This document shows, piece by piece, positions 12,801 to 25,863 of a DNA stretch of 64,000 bases (position 1 is the stretch's first letter; each line of letters opens with the position of its first letter). This stretch comes from Paraspadella gotoi. Its lineage: Eukaryota > Animalia > Chaetognatha. A program made the position numbers and the translations under genes. Location of the stretch: positions 2,573,858-2,637,857 of the forward strand of contig CM119270.1 of NCBI GenBank assembly GCA_051294375.1, read 5' to 3'. A model generated the notes under the pieces. It was not told the origin of the DNA, ran no database searches, and was given only the letters and a program-made list of their open reading frames with translations.

Positions 12801-12999
12801 AGATTAGTTTTTCGGCGCAAATTCTCTACTTTATATCGTTCGTCTATTTTCCTCGGTCGAAGGGTGTTAGAAAGTTGGAGACAATTTGGATTGACGATAT
12901 TGAGAATGAGAAATGGCATCCGTTGGGGCAAATAGTAATTTTGATCAGTTTGACGTCAAGGCTGAGTTTGAAATCCAGAGACACTAAATATTGTGGCGG
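9811..12999 (+). repeat. ~1.5-kb tandem duplication (9811-11363 and 11364-12860) plus a partial third copy (12861-12999)
   Basis: The same 62-aa spurious ORF occurs at 10907 and 12405. The 3' halves look essentially identical and the 5' halves differ by many small indels. 25-N gaps lie adjacent to and inside it. Confidence 0.9.
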
Positions 13000-13611
13000 N
13001 NNNNNNNNNNNNNNNNNNNNNNNNNNNNNNNNNNNNNNNNNNNNNNNNNNNNNNNNNNNNNNNNNNNNNNNNNNNNNNNNNNNNNNNNNNNNNNNNNNNN
13101 NNNNNNNNNNNNNNNNNNNNNNNNNNNNNNNNNNNNNNNNNNNNNNNNNNNNNNNNNNNNNNNNNNNNNNNNNNNNNNNNNNNNNNNNNNNNNNNNNNNN
13201 NNNNNNNNNNNNNNNNNNNNNNNNNNNNNNNNNNNNNNNNNNNNNNNNNNNNNNNNNNNNNNNNNNNNNNNNNNNNNNNNNNNNNNNNNNNNNNNNNNNN
13301 NNNNNNNNNNNNNNNNNNNNNNNNNNNNNNNNNNNNNNNNNNNNNNNNNNNNNNNNNNNNNNNNNNNNNNNNNNNNNNNNNNNNNNNNNNNNNNNNNNNN
13401 NNNNNNNNNNNNNNNNNNNNNNNNNNNNNNNNNNNNNNNNNNNNNNNNNNNNNNNNNNNNNNNNNNNNNNNNNNNNNNNNNNNNNNNNNNNNNNNNNNNN
13501 NNNNNNNNNNNNNNNNNNNNNNNNNNNNNNNNNNNNNNNNNNNNNNNNNNNNNNNNNNNNNNNNNNNNNNNNNNNNNNNNNNNNNNNNNNNNNNNNNNNN
13601 NNNNNNNNNNN
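13000..13611. other. Assembly gap (N run)
   Basis: Direct. Other large gaps are at ~40300-40484, 40795-41000, 41824-42259, 42747-42975 and 61822-62009. Confidence 0.99.
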
Positions 13612-13713
13612 GCAAGAAAGAAGCGGTATTAGAATATTAAAGAAACAAAGATGGGAGCATCCAAACTACTGCGCATAGAAAAGCCCGAAACAAGATTGAG
13701 GCAAGGTATATTA

Positions 13714-13990
13714 GGTATTAATAAAAGAATAAAAAGAAAAAGACGGGAGTATCAAATCGACTGCGCAAAGAAGAAACAACATTAGGAAGGTATTAATAAA
13801 ATAATAAAAATAAAAGGACAGGGAGTATCAAACCGACTGCGCATTAAAAAACAACATTAGGAAGGTATTAATAAAAGAATAAAAAGAAAAAGGATTATCA
13901 AACCGACTGCGCATTAAAAAACAACATTAGGAAGGTATTAATAAAAGAATAAAAAGAAAAAGACGGGAGTATCGAACCGACTGCGCAAAG
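13714..13990. repeat. ~70-75-bp tandem repeat, ~4 copies
   Basis: Unit ggtattaataaaagaataaaaagaaaaagacgggagtatcaaaccgactgcgca...acaacattaggaa, starting at 13714, 13789, 13864 and 13934. Confidence 0.85.
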
Positions 13991-14264
13991 AAGTATCTTT
14001 CGACTCCAGGGATCGAAAAGATGCATCTTCTTTCCAATCGGCAGAATAAAAAAAAAAAAGCAAGTCCCCAACGGTTCGTCGAAAATGTTGCGCCTCAGAA
14101 ATCGGATATAAAGCGACGACGGTTATAACGAGATCGAATCTTAACGTCGATATCATTTTTTTTTTAATTTTCTTTCTTTTTTTTATTTATTTACCTTAAT
14201 TTTTTCCTTTCTTTCCATTTTTCTTTTCTTTTCCCTTTGTCTCCCTGCGCCATATATATTTTCT

Positions 14265-14592
14265 TTTCTCTTTTCATTCTTCCTTATTCCTCATTCCTCA
14301 TTTCTCATTCTCTTTTCTCTTTTCATTCTTCCTTATTCCTCATTCCTCATTCTCTTTTCTCTTTTCATTCTTCCTTATTCCTCATTCCTCATTCTTTTTT
14401 CTCTTTTCATTCTTCCTCATTCCTCATTCTTCATTCTCTTTTCTCTTTTCATTCTTCCTTATTCCTCATCCCTCATTCTCTTTTCTCTTTTCATTCTTCC
14501 TTATTCCTCATTCCTCATTCTCTTTTCTCTTTTCATTCTTCCTCATTCCTCATTTTTCATTCTCTTTTCTCTTTTCATTTTTCCTTATTCAA
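14265..14592. repeat. 42-bp pyrimidine-rich minisatellite, ~7-8 copies
   Basis: Unit tctcttttctcttttcattcttccttattcctcattcctcat. It explains the 14-aa periodicity of ORF 14237-14743. Confidence 0.9.
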
Positions 14593-15039
14593 CATTCCAC
14601 CTTTGTTTTATTTTTTTTTCTTCTCATTTTGTTTTCTATTTTCTTTTCTTCTTAATATCTCCTCCTTCTTTCTCTTTCATTTATTCTTTCTCAATTATCA
14701 TTTCCTTTTTTTTCTCTCTCTCATCCTTCTCGCTCCTCCCTAATACTCTCTCCTCTTTCCTTCTTTTTCCTCCTCTTTTTCCTCCTCTTTTTCTCCTGTC
14801 TTCTATTCTTTCCTCCTTTTTCTTTCCCTCCTATCTCCTTTTCTCTTCTCTTCTCTCCTTTCTCCTCCTCTCTTCCTTTCTTTCCTCTCTTCTCTCCTCC
14901 TCTCTCTTCCTCTCTCCTCCTTTCTTTTTTTCTTTCCTCCCTTCTCTTCTTTCCTTCAATCCTCCTCTAGAAAACATTGTCGTTGACCCCCTGCTTTACT
15001 TGGCCGACCTTTCAACTCTGAGGATTTCGTTTTTCTTTG

Positions 15040-15072
<33 letters not shown>

Positions 15073-15692
15073 TCTCTCTCTCTCTCTCTCTCTCTTCTCT
15101 TCTCTCTTCTCTCTCGTTTCTTCTTTATTTGAAACTCAGCCTCGTTGTTTTCGCCTCCGTGGGCTGACCCTTTGGGCCTTTTATTTTCGTCGGCCTCGAT
15201 TTTCTGGTTGGGTGGGTGGTTTTTGCGGACATTGAGGGTGGTGCGTGGTTGGAGGTAGTTTAGGGCGGGTGCGTTTGGAGGTTTGGTCAGGGCGGGCGGG
15301 TGAGTTAGATGGGTGGTTGTTTCGTGGACAGGGGGTTTTAGACAGGAAAGAGAGAAAGCGTTCATTGAAAAGATGCGACTTAAAAAACCAAAATGTTTTC
15401 TTTTTTTTTCTTCTTTTTTTTTCCTCAGAGAAAATAATTCGTTTCGCTTTTCTTTCTTTCTTTTTCTTTCTTTTTTTTCTTTTTGTCTTTTATTTTCGCG
15501 CGAGTTTTCTTCTCCAATCTCTTGCGATTACTTTTTGCGACTTCTTCATCATTTCTGAACTAGTTAGCAATTAATATTAATCTGACATTGTGAAATTATA
15601 ATTATTTTATTTATTTTAAACCCACTCCTTCAAAGATTGATAAATTGGTAAATAATTTCATCATCCAATCGTCATAATTATCATAATCTTGG

Positions 15693-15703
15693 TAATAATA
15701 ATG

Positions 15704-15797
<94 letters not shown>
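15693..15797. repeat. (AAT)n microsatellite
   Basis: About 35 near-perfect units. Confidence 0.97.
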
Positions 15798-15798
<1 letters not shown>

Positions 15799-15966
15799 TT
15801 ACTTATTCAACTGAGATGGAATCAACTTTTGTTTACCTTTAACTCTTTTTCCTTCTTTTCCCCAATTTTCTGTTTTTTCCTCTCACTTTTTTCTTTTCAC
15901 CAAAACATCTTTTGTTTTCGCATTCACGGTCACGTGACTCCAGATCGAGTTCACCGTTCGCCCACC

Positions 15967-16050
15967 GGCAGCGTCGGCCGCGGCGTCGGCAGCGTCGGCC
16001 GCGGCGTCGGCAGCGTCGGCCGCGGCTTCGGCAGCATTGGCCGCGGCGTC
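15967..16050. repeat. 21-bp GC-rich tandem repeat, 4 copies (possibly coding, PRPTLPT on the minus strand)
   Basis: Unit ggcagcgtcggccgcggcgtc. Confidence 0.9.
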
Positions 16051-16577
16051 GAACTGTATTTCCTTCATAGGAAGTGTTCTTTTACATATACTATCTTCTT
16101 AACTTAAGTTCTACTTTCTTTACATTATATATCTTTCTACTTTCTCCCTTTTTCTCTTACTTCTTCCCTCTCATTATCCTTGTTTGGTTCACTTCTAACC
16201 TACTTCTCTTCCTCCTCCTCCTCCTCTTCCTCCTCCCCCTCCTCTTCCCCCCTCTCATCAAGAGTCACAAAGTGGCATTTAATCCCTGAGGAAATTCTCT
16301 TGTCAAATTTTTCATCTGTTGTTGCAATTGATCGCGTCGTCGTCGTCGTCGTCGTCGTCGTTATCATCGTCGTCGTCGTTATCGTCGTCGTCGTCATCGT
16401 CGACCCGCCAAATTTCAATTTTCAAACTCGACACGAATGAAATTTTGCGCTTTACGAATTGTTTCCCCTTCAAACGAAAAATCATCAAATATTTTTCATT
16501 TTTCGCTCTCTCTCTCTCTCTCTCTCCCTTCTTCTCTTCTTTGCCGGCTTTTTTGTGGTTCGTAGGGGCGGTGGTTG

Positions 16578-16622
<45 letters not shown>

Positions 16623-16640
16623 CGCAATGAGATATCCAAA

Positions 16641-18465
16641 TGATTGTGAAAAGGCAAAAATCACATCAGCGTAAATAAACAAGAACTCCATTGATGCGTA
16701 ATCATGAAGAGTTTTTGGTGTTGATTAAATAGTTAACATATATATCTTTAATCTTCAATAATGTGTTTTTATCATTGGTTGACCAATGACCATCGATGCG
16801 ATAAAATTTAAAAACTGCGACAAGTAAATTGGGGTTAACAGGAATTCAAACCTAACAAATTATTTCGACTAGTATATTTTCAGTTTTAAATAACTTTTTA
16901 ATATATATATATATTTTTAATCCATAATAACAATATATAACGTAAGCGTGGGGAAGAAAATATTTTTTTCTTTAATCAATCGTAAATCTTTAAAAAACTT
17001 TCTCTCTTCTCTTTCGTCTCAATTGTCTCGTTTCTTCCCCCCCCACCGTCTGCTCGAAAAACTCCTTTTAAATTCGGCCTCTTATCTCGACATCCCTTCA
17101 ACTAACTTACCTTCCTTACCTCAGTCCCTTCAAACGCCCCCCTTTATCGCGGTGATCATCACTCCAGTGAAAAAAAATCACGATCTTAATCTCACTTCGC
17201 TCTCACGACTTTTTTTTTTAATTCGAGAGGAAGGAGTTAAGGTGAGAGAATTTGAGTGGGAAAGGTAAGAAAATAAGGAATCAGTTGTGAGGTGAGGTGA
17301 AGGGACGAGTGTGAATCACATTGTGATTGAGATGGTAAAAAAGGATTATATTTGACCACACCACACCAATTCATCAGTATCAGTGTCAGTGTCATCCATA
17401 CGGAACAGCCTAACGCTACAAAGCCTAGTTCCCTTTCCAAGGCTACTAAAGGTTATTAACTAATTAAATAATTAATTGAGAATCGAACAAAATTAATTCT
17501 TATCTTAGCAGACTTAATTGCGTGACAAAAAATATCACCGGCCAAGTTTTCCACGCCCCCTCTCCCTCTCCCATCTTCCCTTCCCCCTCCCTCCCTTCAC
17601 CTCCCCTTCCCCTCTCTCTCTCCCCCTCTCTTCTCCTCCTCTCCATTCCACTCTCCCCTCCCCCTCTCTCTCCCCCTTCCCCTCTCCCTCCCTTCTATCC
17701 TTTCCCTCTCCTTCTTCTCTCCGCCCCTTCTCCTTACCTTTCCTTCCCCCTCTCCCTCTCCCTTCCCCTCCACCTCTCCCCCTTCCCCTCCCCCTCTCCC
17801 CTTCCTCCCTGCTCTCCCTTCCTCCCTCTTGGGACTCGTCTCAACAAAATCGACTCTCTCGTCATCGACGGAAAATTAGTCCTACAATCGAACGGAAAGA
17901 CTTTTCTCTCGCTCTTCTTTAAATTCCAGCGGATGTTCACCGCTCCCTCATTCCCTCATTCCTTCATTTCTTCTCTCTTCCTTCCCTCCCTCCACCTCGT
18001 CCTTCCCCTCCACCCCCCCAAACGAAACCCCCAAATGGCGGACTCTGGGTGGGCCACAACTTTTGGGGCAGACGAAGAAGAAAGAAGAAGAAAGAAGAAG
18101 ATAGAAAGTTTGAGGAAAGAGAAACGAAATCTTTTGGTTTTTAAGACGAAATTTCGACTCCCGATTTTGTTTTGTTTTTCCCGTTTTTCTTCTCCTTTCG
18201 TGAGTTTCACAACCGACATTTTCCTTTTTTTTTCTTTTTTTTTCTTTTATTTTCTTGTCTTGTCTCTTTTCCTTTGCCTTATCATGTCCGTTCATTGGTC
18301 GCACGGTAAGAAAAAATAAAAAATATGCAAATGAGGTTTGTAATTAATATGTAGTAAGTATAAATGTAGAAATGTTTAGCAAACAATGCCTCGCCAAGTT
18401 TTTATCCTTGACTTTCTTTTTCATTTCTCCCAGGTTCAAGGTTCGACTCCAGGTCTCTTTCTCAA

Positions 18466-18512
<47 letters not shown>

Positions 18513-20539
18513 AGGGAAAGTTCGACTCGAATTTCACAAAAGAATTAATCGCGAAATAAGAAAATTAGGAGGGGGGGGCGGGAAAAAATCGGTGGATTTT
18601 CGAATCTTATTTTTTAGACATACTCGATAAGATTGTTACGCGCCGATCATGATTTGGCACGACAGTGGCCTCGGGACTCTAATTGATATCTGTGTCCTGC
18701 CTCGCCCTTTTCCCGCGAAGATTCGATTCGAACGTGAAGATTAATCATGATTATCATTATTGTGCAGAACGTCGCACAAGAAATCAGTGTCTCTTTTAAA
18801 TCTGCGGACATTAAACGCTTTTTACCGCGTTGGTGGTTTATCTTTAAAAGTAACGTTTATTCACTATTAAATGAAAGTTTTAATGATTGAATGAATCAAT
18901 GAATGGATAAATTTGAATGATTGAGTATCAATTATTCAATGAATGAATAATGAAATAACTTTTCGAAGAAAATACTTTTTTTAAAAAAATGAACCAATAT
19001 CTCATACCGGTAATTCTTCCTTGAAAGTCGTTTATCTTTGCACCTTCCCCTCCTCCTCTTCCTCCTCCTCCTCCTCCTCCTCCTCCTCCTCCAATTTCCC
19101 AGTTTGTTTGTTTAGCAGCTGCTTTGTTTTCTCTTTGTTTATTTTTCTTTCTTTTCTTTTTTCTTTTTTTTTCCGCCCGAAAGTCCGAAGTTTCTTTTCT
19201 TCATTTCCGCCTTTCGAGAATTTTCTTCGACTTCGCCTAAAATTCAGATCTAGAAAAATACTTTTTTTTCCTTTTTTTTTTTTTCAGTCACGGATTTCTC
19301 CGAGTCTGAATTAACGGAAAATAACATTTCAAAAAGTAGTATTGAAACATAAAGACTTTGAGTGCCGCCTACCGGCCATATTTTCACGGGGAAACGGAGA
19401 AAGCAAAGTAAGGCGAAAGGGGGAAAAAAATGTCAATACAATTCTCCCTTTCTAAGATAAAAATGGAAGTTAAAACCTTTATAAATAAAAAAAGTGTGAC
19501 TTTATGAGATATGGTCAAATAAATTTTAAAACCAATTTTCAAAAAAATACTGTTGATCATTTTCGAAACAAAAGGCGGCAGTGACCGACATTTGGTATTT
19601 TTCGCAATTAACTCAATTTAATTTGAATGAATAAATTGAAAGTTATCCTACCAAAAACGTTTGATAGAATTTCCCATTGGCTAAATCATCGTCCAATCAT
19701 CAGCCAGCATTCCTTAATTTTAAAAATACAAACGTAAAAAAAAATTGGAAGAAAGAAATTCTTAATATTTTTCCTCACAAATTCGTTTGTTTTTGATCAA
19801 CAACAGAAAATGACAAATCTATCAAAATATTTCTCTAAAGAGAGAGAGAGAGAGAGAGAGTTGAATTTTTTTATCCCTCGGCGTTTTTAATGAGGTAGAA
19901 TTTCATGAAAGGCTGCTTCTCTTTCTCTTTCTCTTTCTATTTTTCAGCATCATTGAGACGAAGGCAAGCGCCGGGGATAAACATTAACAGATCTACTCGA
20001 GGCAAAGAAAAAAGGAAAGAAAGAAAGAGGGAATAAAACAGAAAGAAAGAAAGTAAGAAAGTTAAATGAAAAAAAAATAAAAGAGAAATTAGAGAAAATT
20101 AAAAATGTTAAGATAGACAAACCATCATGGATATAAACACAAAATTTAGAAGAAAAAAAACATTTCAGAAAATGTACAAACAACAGTTTTGTAATTATTC
20201 GATTTTTAGTTTGACTTGTGTTTGCCACATGTCGTAACAAACCCACTTACACATATTTTTTTCCCTTTCGGTCTCCTTCTCCCTCTCTGTCTCTCTCTAT
20301 CTCCCTCTCTCTCACTCACGGGGGTCCTGTCCCTCAGGAACTGGAACATATGCAGCCACTCCCGCTTCCAATCGGCTCAAAAACCTCGTCTTCCCCAATC
20401 GGCTTAAATTTTGAGTAGCTCTTGAGGTCAAAGTTCAAACGGGTTTAAATAATTGAGACTTTTGCATAGCAAGTTCATTTAGGTTTCAATCAAAATACTA
20501 TCTAACTTTTGTGATAATTTTTTTGTCATTATATGATAA
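16641..20539 (+). repeat. ~3.9-kb direct duplication, copy 1
   Basis: Colinear with 21526-25357 from tgattgtgaaaagg to gtcattatatgataa. Differences are mostly 1-nt indels. Confidence 0.92.
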
Positions 20540-21525
20540 ACGATGAAGAGGATCAGAGAGTTTCAGGCGTGTGGCTTCGACTGGGGACAGTGGAGGCAGA
20601 GTGTCTACGCTTGAGCACGGCAGAGACGCCGTAGGCACATTAGGACGTGTTGGAGGAGAGGTTGGTCCGCTCGGCAAAGCGCATCTATTACGTCATTCTG
20701 GTGACCGGCCGCTGTCGATGGAGACGTTTCGCACCGTCATCACCGGCGCCTGAGGGAATCAAACCCGTACGGCCTTTAACGCGAATTAAGGCAGCGATGC
20801 TCAAAGATGCTTTTACTTAACGCCAGCGACATTTATATCCGGGGATTCGCAGAAATCGGAACGACGCCGTGTCTACTCACCGTCTCCGTCTTCCGCGATC
20901 ATGCGTTTTGGAGATAACCAAGCGTGGATCTAATCTCTCAATTCGAAGCGACGCCTTTCTCCGCGACATCGCAGTGCTGTACAGGAGCCTGGGATTTCAG
21001 TCTCAATCGCCGCGAAACGTTGTGCAAACACGCTTCCGGACTCAAAGGTCCGGCCAGCTCGTCCTGCTGTTACGAACCAAAGTCGAGGAGCGAGTGGAGG
21101 GCTTGGCGTTATCGAAAGGGTGCAATGGCGACGAGTACCACACGTGCGACGCGCGTAGTGACTGTGACACCCAGCACAGGCACTTACAATGACGCGAATG
21201 GAAAATATTTGAACGCGATCGATTAAAGACGTCCGTTTGGAATTAGATGAGGAAAGTTAAAAAAAAAATACGATTAACTCATCCCTCAAAGAACTAAAAC
21301 TCTTTGTGACTATTTTATTCCATTAATTGCTGGTGCAATAACCGATTCCTTTTCAAGAAGGCTTCGAATCGAAAAAACAGAAAATTCGTTTTTTCCCAAA
21401 TTCTTTGATTTCGCTTCGATCGAATTTACCCATAGGGAATGGCACCTAACTAGAAATCAGATAAATGTTTTCAGATTGAATTTTTTGATTTTTATTTTTT
21501 ACTGTTTAAGACAATCGTTTCAATG

Positions 21526-23383
21526 TGATTGTGAAAAGGGCAAAATATCAACATCACGTAAATAAACAAGAACTCCATTGATGCGTAATCATGAAGAGTT
21601 TTTGGTGTTCGATTAAATAGTTAACATAATAATATCTTTATCTTCAATAAATGTGTTTTTCATTGGTTGACCAAATGACCATCGATGGCGATAATTTAAA
21701 AAGCCGACAGTAAATTGGGGTTAACAGGAATTCAAACCTAACAAATTATTTCGCTAGTTATATTTCAGTTTTAAAATAATTTTTATATATATAATATATT
21801 TTTAATCCATAATACAATAATATAACGTAAGGTGGGGAAAGAAAAATTTTTTCTTTAATCAATCTGAAATCTTTAAAAAAAAACTTTCTCTCTCTCTTTC
21901 GTCTCAATGTCTCGTTTCTTCCACCACCGTCTGCTCGAAAAAACTCCTTTTAAATTCGGCCTCTTATCTCGACATCCCTTCAACTAACTACCTTCCTTAC
22001 CTAGTCCTTCAAACGCCCCCTTTATCCGTGATCATCATCAGTGAAAAAAAATCACGATCTTAATCTTCACTTCGGCTCTCTACGACTTTTTTTTTAAATT
22101 CGAGAAAGGAAGAGTTAAGGTGAGAGAAATTGAGTGGGAAAGGTAAGAAAATAAGGAATCAGTTTGAGGGTGAGGTGAAAGGGACGAGTGTGAATCACAT
22201 TGTGATTGAGATGGTAAAAAAGATTATAATTTTGACCACACCACCACCAATTCATCAGTATCAGTGTCCAGTGTCATCCATACGGAACAGCCTAACGCAC
22301 AAAAGCCTTTCCCTTTCCAAGGCTACTAAAGGTTATTAACTAATTAATATTAATGAGAATCCGAACAAAATTAATTCTTATCTTAGCAGACTTAATTGCG
22401 TACAAAAATATCAACGGCCAAGTTTCCAACGCCCCCACTCTCCCTTTTCCCAATCTTCCCTTCCCCTCTCCTCCCTTCACCTCCCCTTCCGCCTCTCTCT
22501 CTCCCCCCCTCTTCTTCCTCCTCTCTCCATTCCACTCTCCCCTCCCCCTCTCTCCCTTCCCCTCTTCCGCTCCCTTCTATCCATTCCCTCATCACCTTCC
22601 TCTCCCGCCCTCCCCTTTACCTTTCCTTCTCCCCTCTCCCTCTCCCTTCCCTCCACCTCTCCCCCTTCCCCTCCCCACTCTCCCCCTTCCTCCCTCTCTC
22701 TCCTTCCTCCCTCTGTGGGACCTCGGGTCTCACTAAAAATCGGACTCTCTCGTCATCGGACGGGAAATTATCCTACCAAATCGAACGGAAAGCTTTTCTC
22801 GCTCTTCTTTAATCCAGCCGGTATGCTATCACGCTCCTCTTCACCTCATTCCTTCATTATTCTTCTCTCTCCTTCGCTCGCCTTCACCTTCGTACCTTAC
22901 TCTCTTCTCCACTCCCCCCCAAACGAAACCCGCCAAATGGCGGACTCTGTGGGCCACTTTGGGGCAGTACAGAAGAGAAGAAGAAGAAGAAGAAGAATAG
23001 AAAGTTATGAGGAAAGAGAAACGAAATCTTTGGTTTTTAAAGACGAAATGTTCGAACATCCGCGATTTTGTTTTGTTTTTCCCGTTTTTCATTCTCTTTC
23101 GTGAGTTTCTTACAAGCCGACAATTTCTTTTTTTTTCTTTTTTTTTCTGTTGTATTTTCTTGGTCTTGTCCTCTTTTCTTTCCTAATCATGTCCGTTCAT
23201 TGGTCCGCAACAGGTAAGAAAAAAAAAAAATATGCAAATAGGTTTTGTAATTATATGTAGTAAGTATAAATGTAGAAATGTTTAGCAAACAATGCCTCGC
23301 CAATTTTTTTATCCTTGACTTTTCTTTTTCATTTCTCCAGGTTCAAGTTCGACTCCAGGTCTCTTCTCAAGGTGTCTCTCTCT

Positions 23384-23417
<34 letters not shown>

Positions 23418-24686
23418 TGAGGGAAAGTTCGACTCGAATTTCACAAAAGAATTAATCGCGAAATAAGAAATTAGGAGGGGGGGGCGGAAAAAATCGGTGG
23501 ATTTTCGAATCTTATTTTTTAGACATACTCGATAAGATTGTTACGCGCCGATCATGATTTTGGCACGACAGTGGCCTCGGGATCTAATTGATATCTGTGT
23601 CCTGCCTCGCCCTTTTCCCCGCGAAGATTCGATTCGAACGGAAGATAAGAAGATTATCAATGATTATCATTATCATTAAATCTGCGGACATTAAACGCTT
23701 TTTTACCGCGTTGGTGGTTTATCTTTAAAAGTAACGTTTATTCACTATTAAATTGAAAGTTTTAATGATTGAATGAAATCAATGAATGGATAAATTTTGA
23801 ATGATTGAGTAATCAATTATTCATGAATGAATAATGAAATAACTTTTCGAAGAAAATACTTTTTTAAAAAAAATGAACCAATATCTCATACGGTAATTCT
23901 TCCTTGAAAGTCGTTTATCTTTGCACCTTCCCCTCCTCCTCTTCCTCCTCCTCCTCCTCCTCCTCCAATTTCCCAGTTTGTTTGTTTAGCAGCTGCTTTG
24001 TTTCTTCTTGTTTATTTTTCTTTCTTTCTTTTTTTTTTTTTTTCCGCCCGAAAGTCCGAAGTTTCTTTTCTCATTTCCGCTTTCGAGAATTTTCTTCGAC
24101 TTCGCCTAAATTTCAGATCTAGAAAAATACTTTTTTTCCTTTTTTTTTTTTCAGTCACGGATTTCTCCGAGTCTGAATTAACGGAAAATAACATTTCAAA
24201 AGTAGTATTGAAACATAAAGACTTGAGTGCCGCCTACCGGCCATATTTTCACGGGAAACGGAAGAAAGCAAAGTAAGGCGAAAGGGGGAAAAAAATGTCA
24301 ATACAATTCTCCCTTTCTAAGATAAAAATGGAAGTTAAAACCTTTATAAATAAAAAAAGTGTGACTTTATGAGATATGGTCAAATAAATTTAAAACCAAT
24401 TTCAAAAAAATATCGTTGATCATTTCCGAAACAAAAGGCGGCAGTGACCGACATTTGGTATTTTTCGCATTAACTCAATTTAATGAATGAATAAATTGAA
24501 AGATCCTACCAAAAACGTTTGATAGAATTTCCCATTGGCTAAATCATCGTCCAATCATCAGCCAGCATTCCTTAATTTTAAAAATACAAACGTAAAAAAA
24601 AATTGAAAGAAAGAAATTCTTAATATTTTCCAAAATTGTTTTTGTCAACAACAGAAAATGACAAATCTATCAAAATATTTCTCTAA

Positions 24687-24719
<33 letters not shown>

Positions 24720-25357
24720 TTGAATTTTTTTATCCCTCGCGTTTTAATGAGGTAGAATTTCATGAAAGGCTGCTTCTCTTTCTCTTTCTCTTTTCTATTT
24801 TTCAGCATCATTGAGACGAAGGCAGACGCCGGGATAAACATTAACAGATAGGCAAAGAAAGAAGAAGAAAGAAATAAAGAAAGAAGTGAAAGTTAAATGA
24901 AAAAAAATGAAAATTAGAGAAATTAAAAGATAGACAAACCATCAATGGATATAACACAAAATTTATGAAGAAAAAAAACATTTCAGAAAATGTACAAACA
25001 ACAGTTTTGTAATTATTCGATTTTTAGTTTGACTTGTGTTTGCCACATGTTCGTAACAAACCCACTTACACATATTTTTTTCCTTTCGGTCTCCTTCTCT
25101 CCTCTCTGTCTCTTCTCTATCTCCCTCTCTCTCACTCAGGGGGGTCCTGTCCTCAGGAACTGGAACATATGCAGCCACTCCCGCTTCCAATCGGCTCAAA
25201 AAACCTCGTCTTCCCAATCGGCTTAAATTTGAGTAGCTCTTGAGGTCATAGTTCAAACGGGTTTAAATAATTGAGACTTTTGCATAGCGAGTTCATTTAG
25301 GTTTCAATCAAAATACTATCCAACTTTTGTGATAATTTTTTTGTCATTATATGATAA
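21526..25357 (+). repeat. ~3.9-kb direct duplication, copy 2
   Basis: Colinear with 16641-20539. Confidence 0.92.
24155..24272 (+). CDS. Candidate internal exon of an unidentified small gene (V-TDFSESELTENNISKVVLKHKDLSAAYRPYFHGKRKKA-N)
   Basis: Strong (T)nCAG acceptor, GTAAGG donor, open frame and non-repetitive sequence. A frameshifted duplicate is at 19288-19407. No homology recognised. Confidence 0.4.
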
Positions 25358-25430
25358 TCCTTTCTTTTCGTTTAAATGATTTAGAGAAAACAAAGTTTTT
25401 ATTAGTTTCAACGAATTTGTTTTTATTGGA

Positions 25431-25476
25431 AAACAGACCATGTTTCGGCTTTGGTTTCAAGCCTTCTTCAGTGTTT
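25431..25476 (-). ncRNA. Minimal type I hammerhead ribozyme, inverted copy
   Basis: Minus strand reads aaacaCTGAAGAaggcttgaaaccaaagccGAAAcatgGTCtgttt, two 1-nt indels relative to the + copy. Confidence 0.7.
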
Positions 25477-25505
25477 GTGAATTAGACAAAATATTGTGCA
25501 AAAGA

Positions 25506-25543
<38 letters not shown>

Positions 25544-25817
25544 AAAGTTTCCAACAAGTGGTGAGACAGAATAGTGGTCAGAGGTGAGGACAGGGTAAGT
25601 TGAACACAGATTGAGTGAGTTTTTGAAAAGAAATGAAATTTGTTAGAGAGAAAGAGAGAGAGAGAAGATAGACTTAACAGGGATAAATAAATATTAAAAA
25701 TATACATTGTGCAATGTACAACAGTGATAAATGTTTAAAACTGAAAAAGATTGGTGAGAATTTTTTAACAATTGCAAAAGAGTGAATCTCTTTTGCACAA
25801 TATTTTGTCTAAATCAC

Positions 25818-25863
25818 AAACACTGAAGAAGGCTTGAAACCAAAAGCCGAAACATGTCTGTTT
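25818..25863 (+). ncRNA. Minimal type I hammerhead ribozyme (PLE-type)
   Basis: Helix I AAACA/TGTTT; core CTGAAGA plus an extra A; helix II GGCTT-gaaaccaa-AAGCC; GAAA; minimal palindromic helix III AC-AT-GT; cleavage triplet GTC at 25856-58. Confidence 0.8.

Noticed and set aside
12875-13678. Long ORFs spanning N runs (also at 40032-43122 and 61462-62190)
   Set aside because: They are artefacts of translating assembly gaps.
14237-14743. Low-complexity ORFs (S/L/F-rich, ER-rich, D-rich at 26364, H-rich at 48204, Q-rich at 51749)
   Set aside because: They are explained by microsatellites and minisatellites that lack stop codons.
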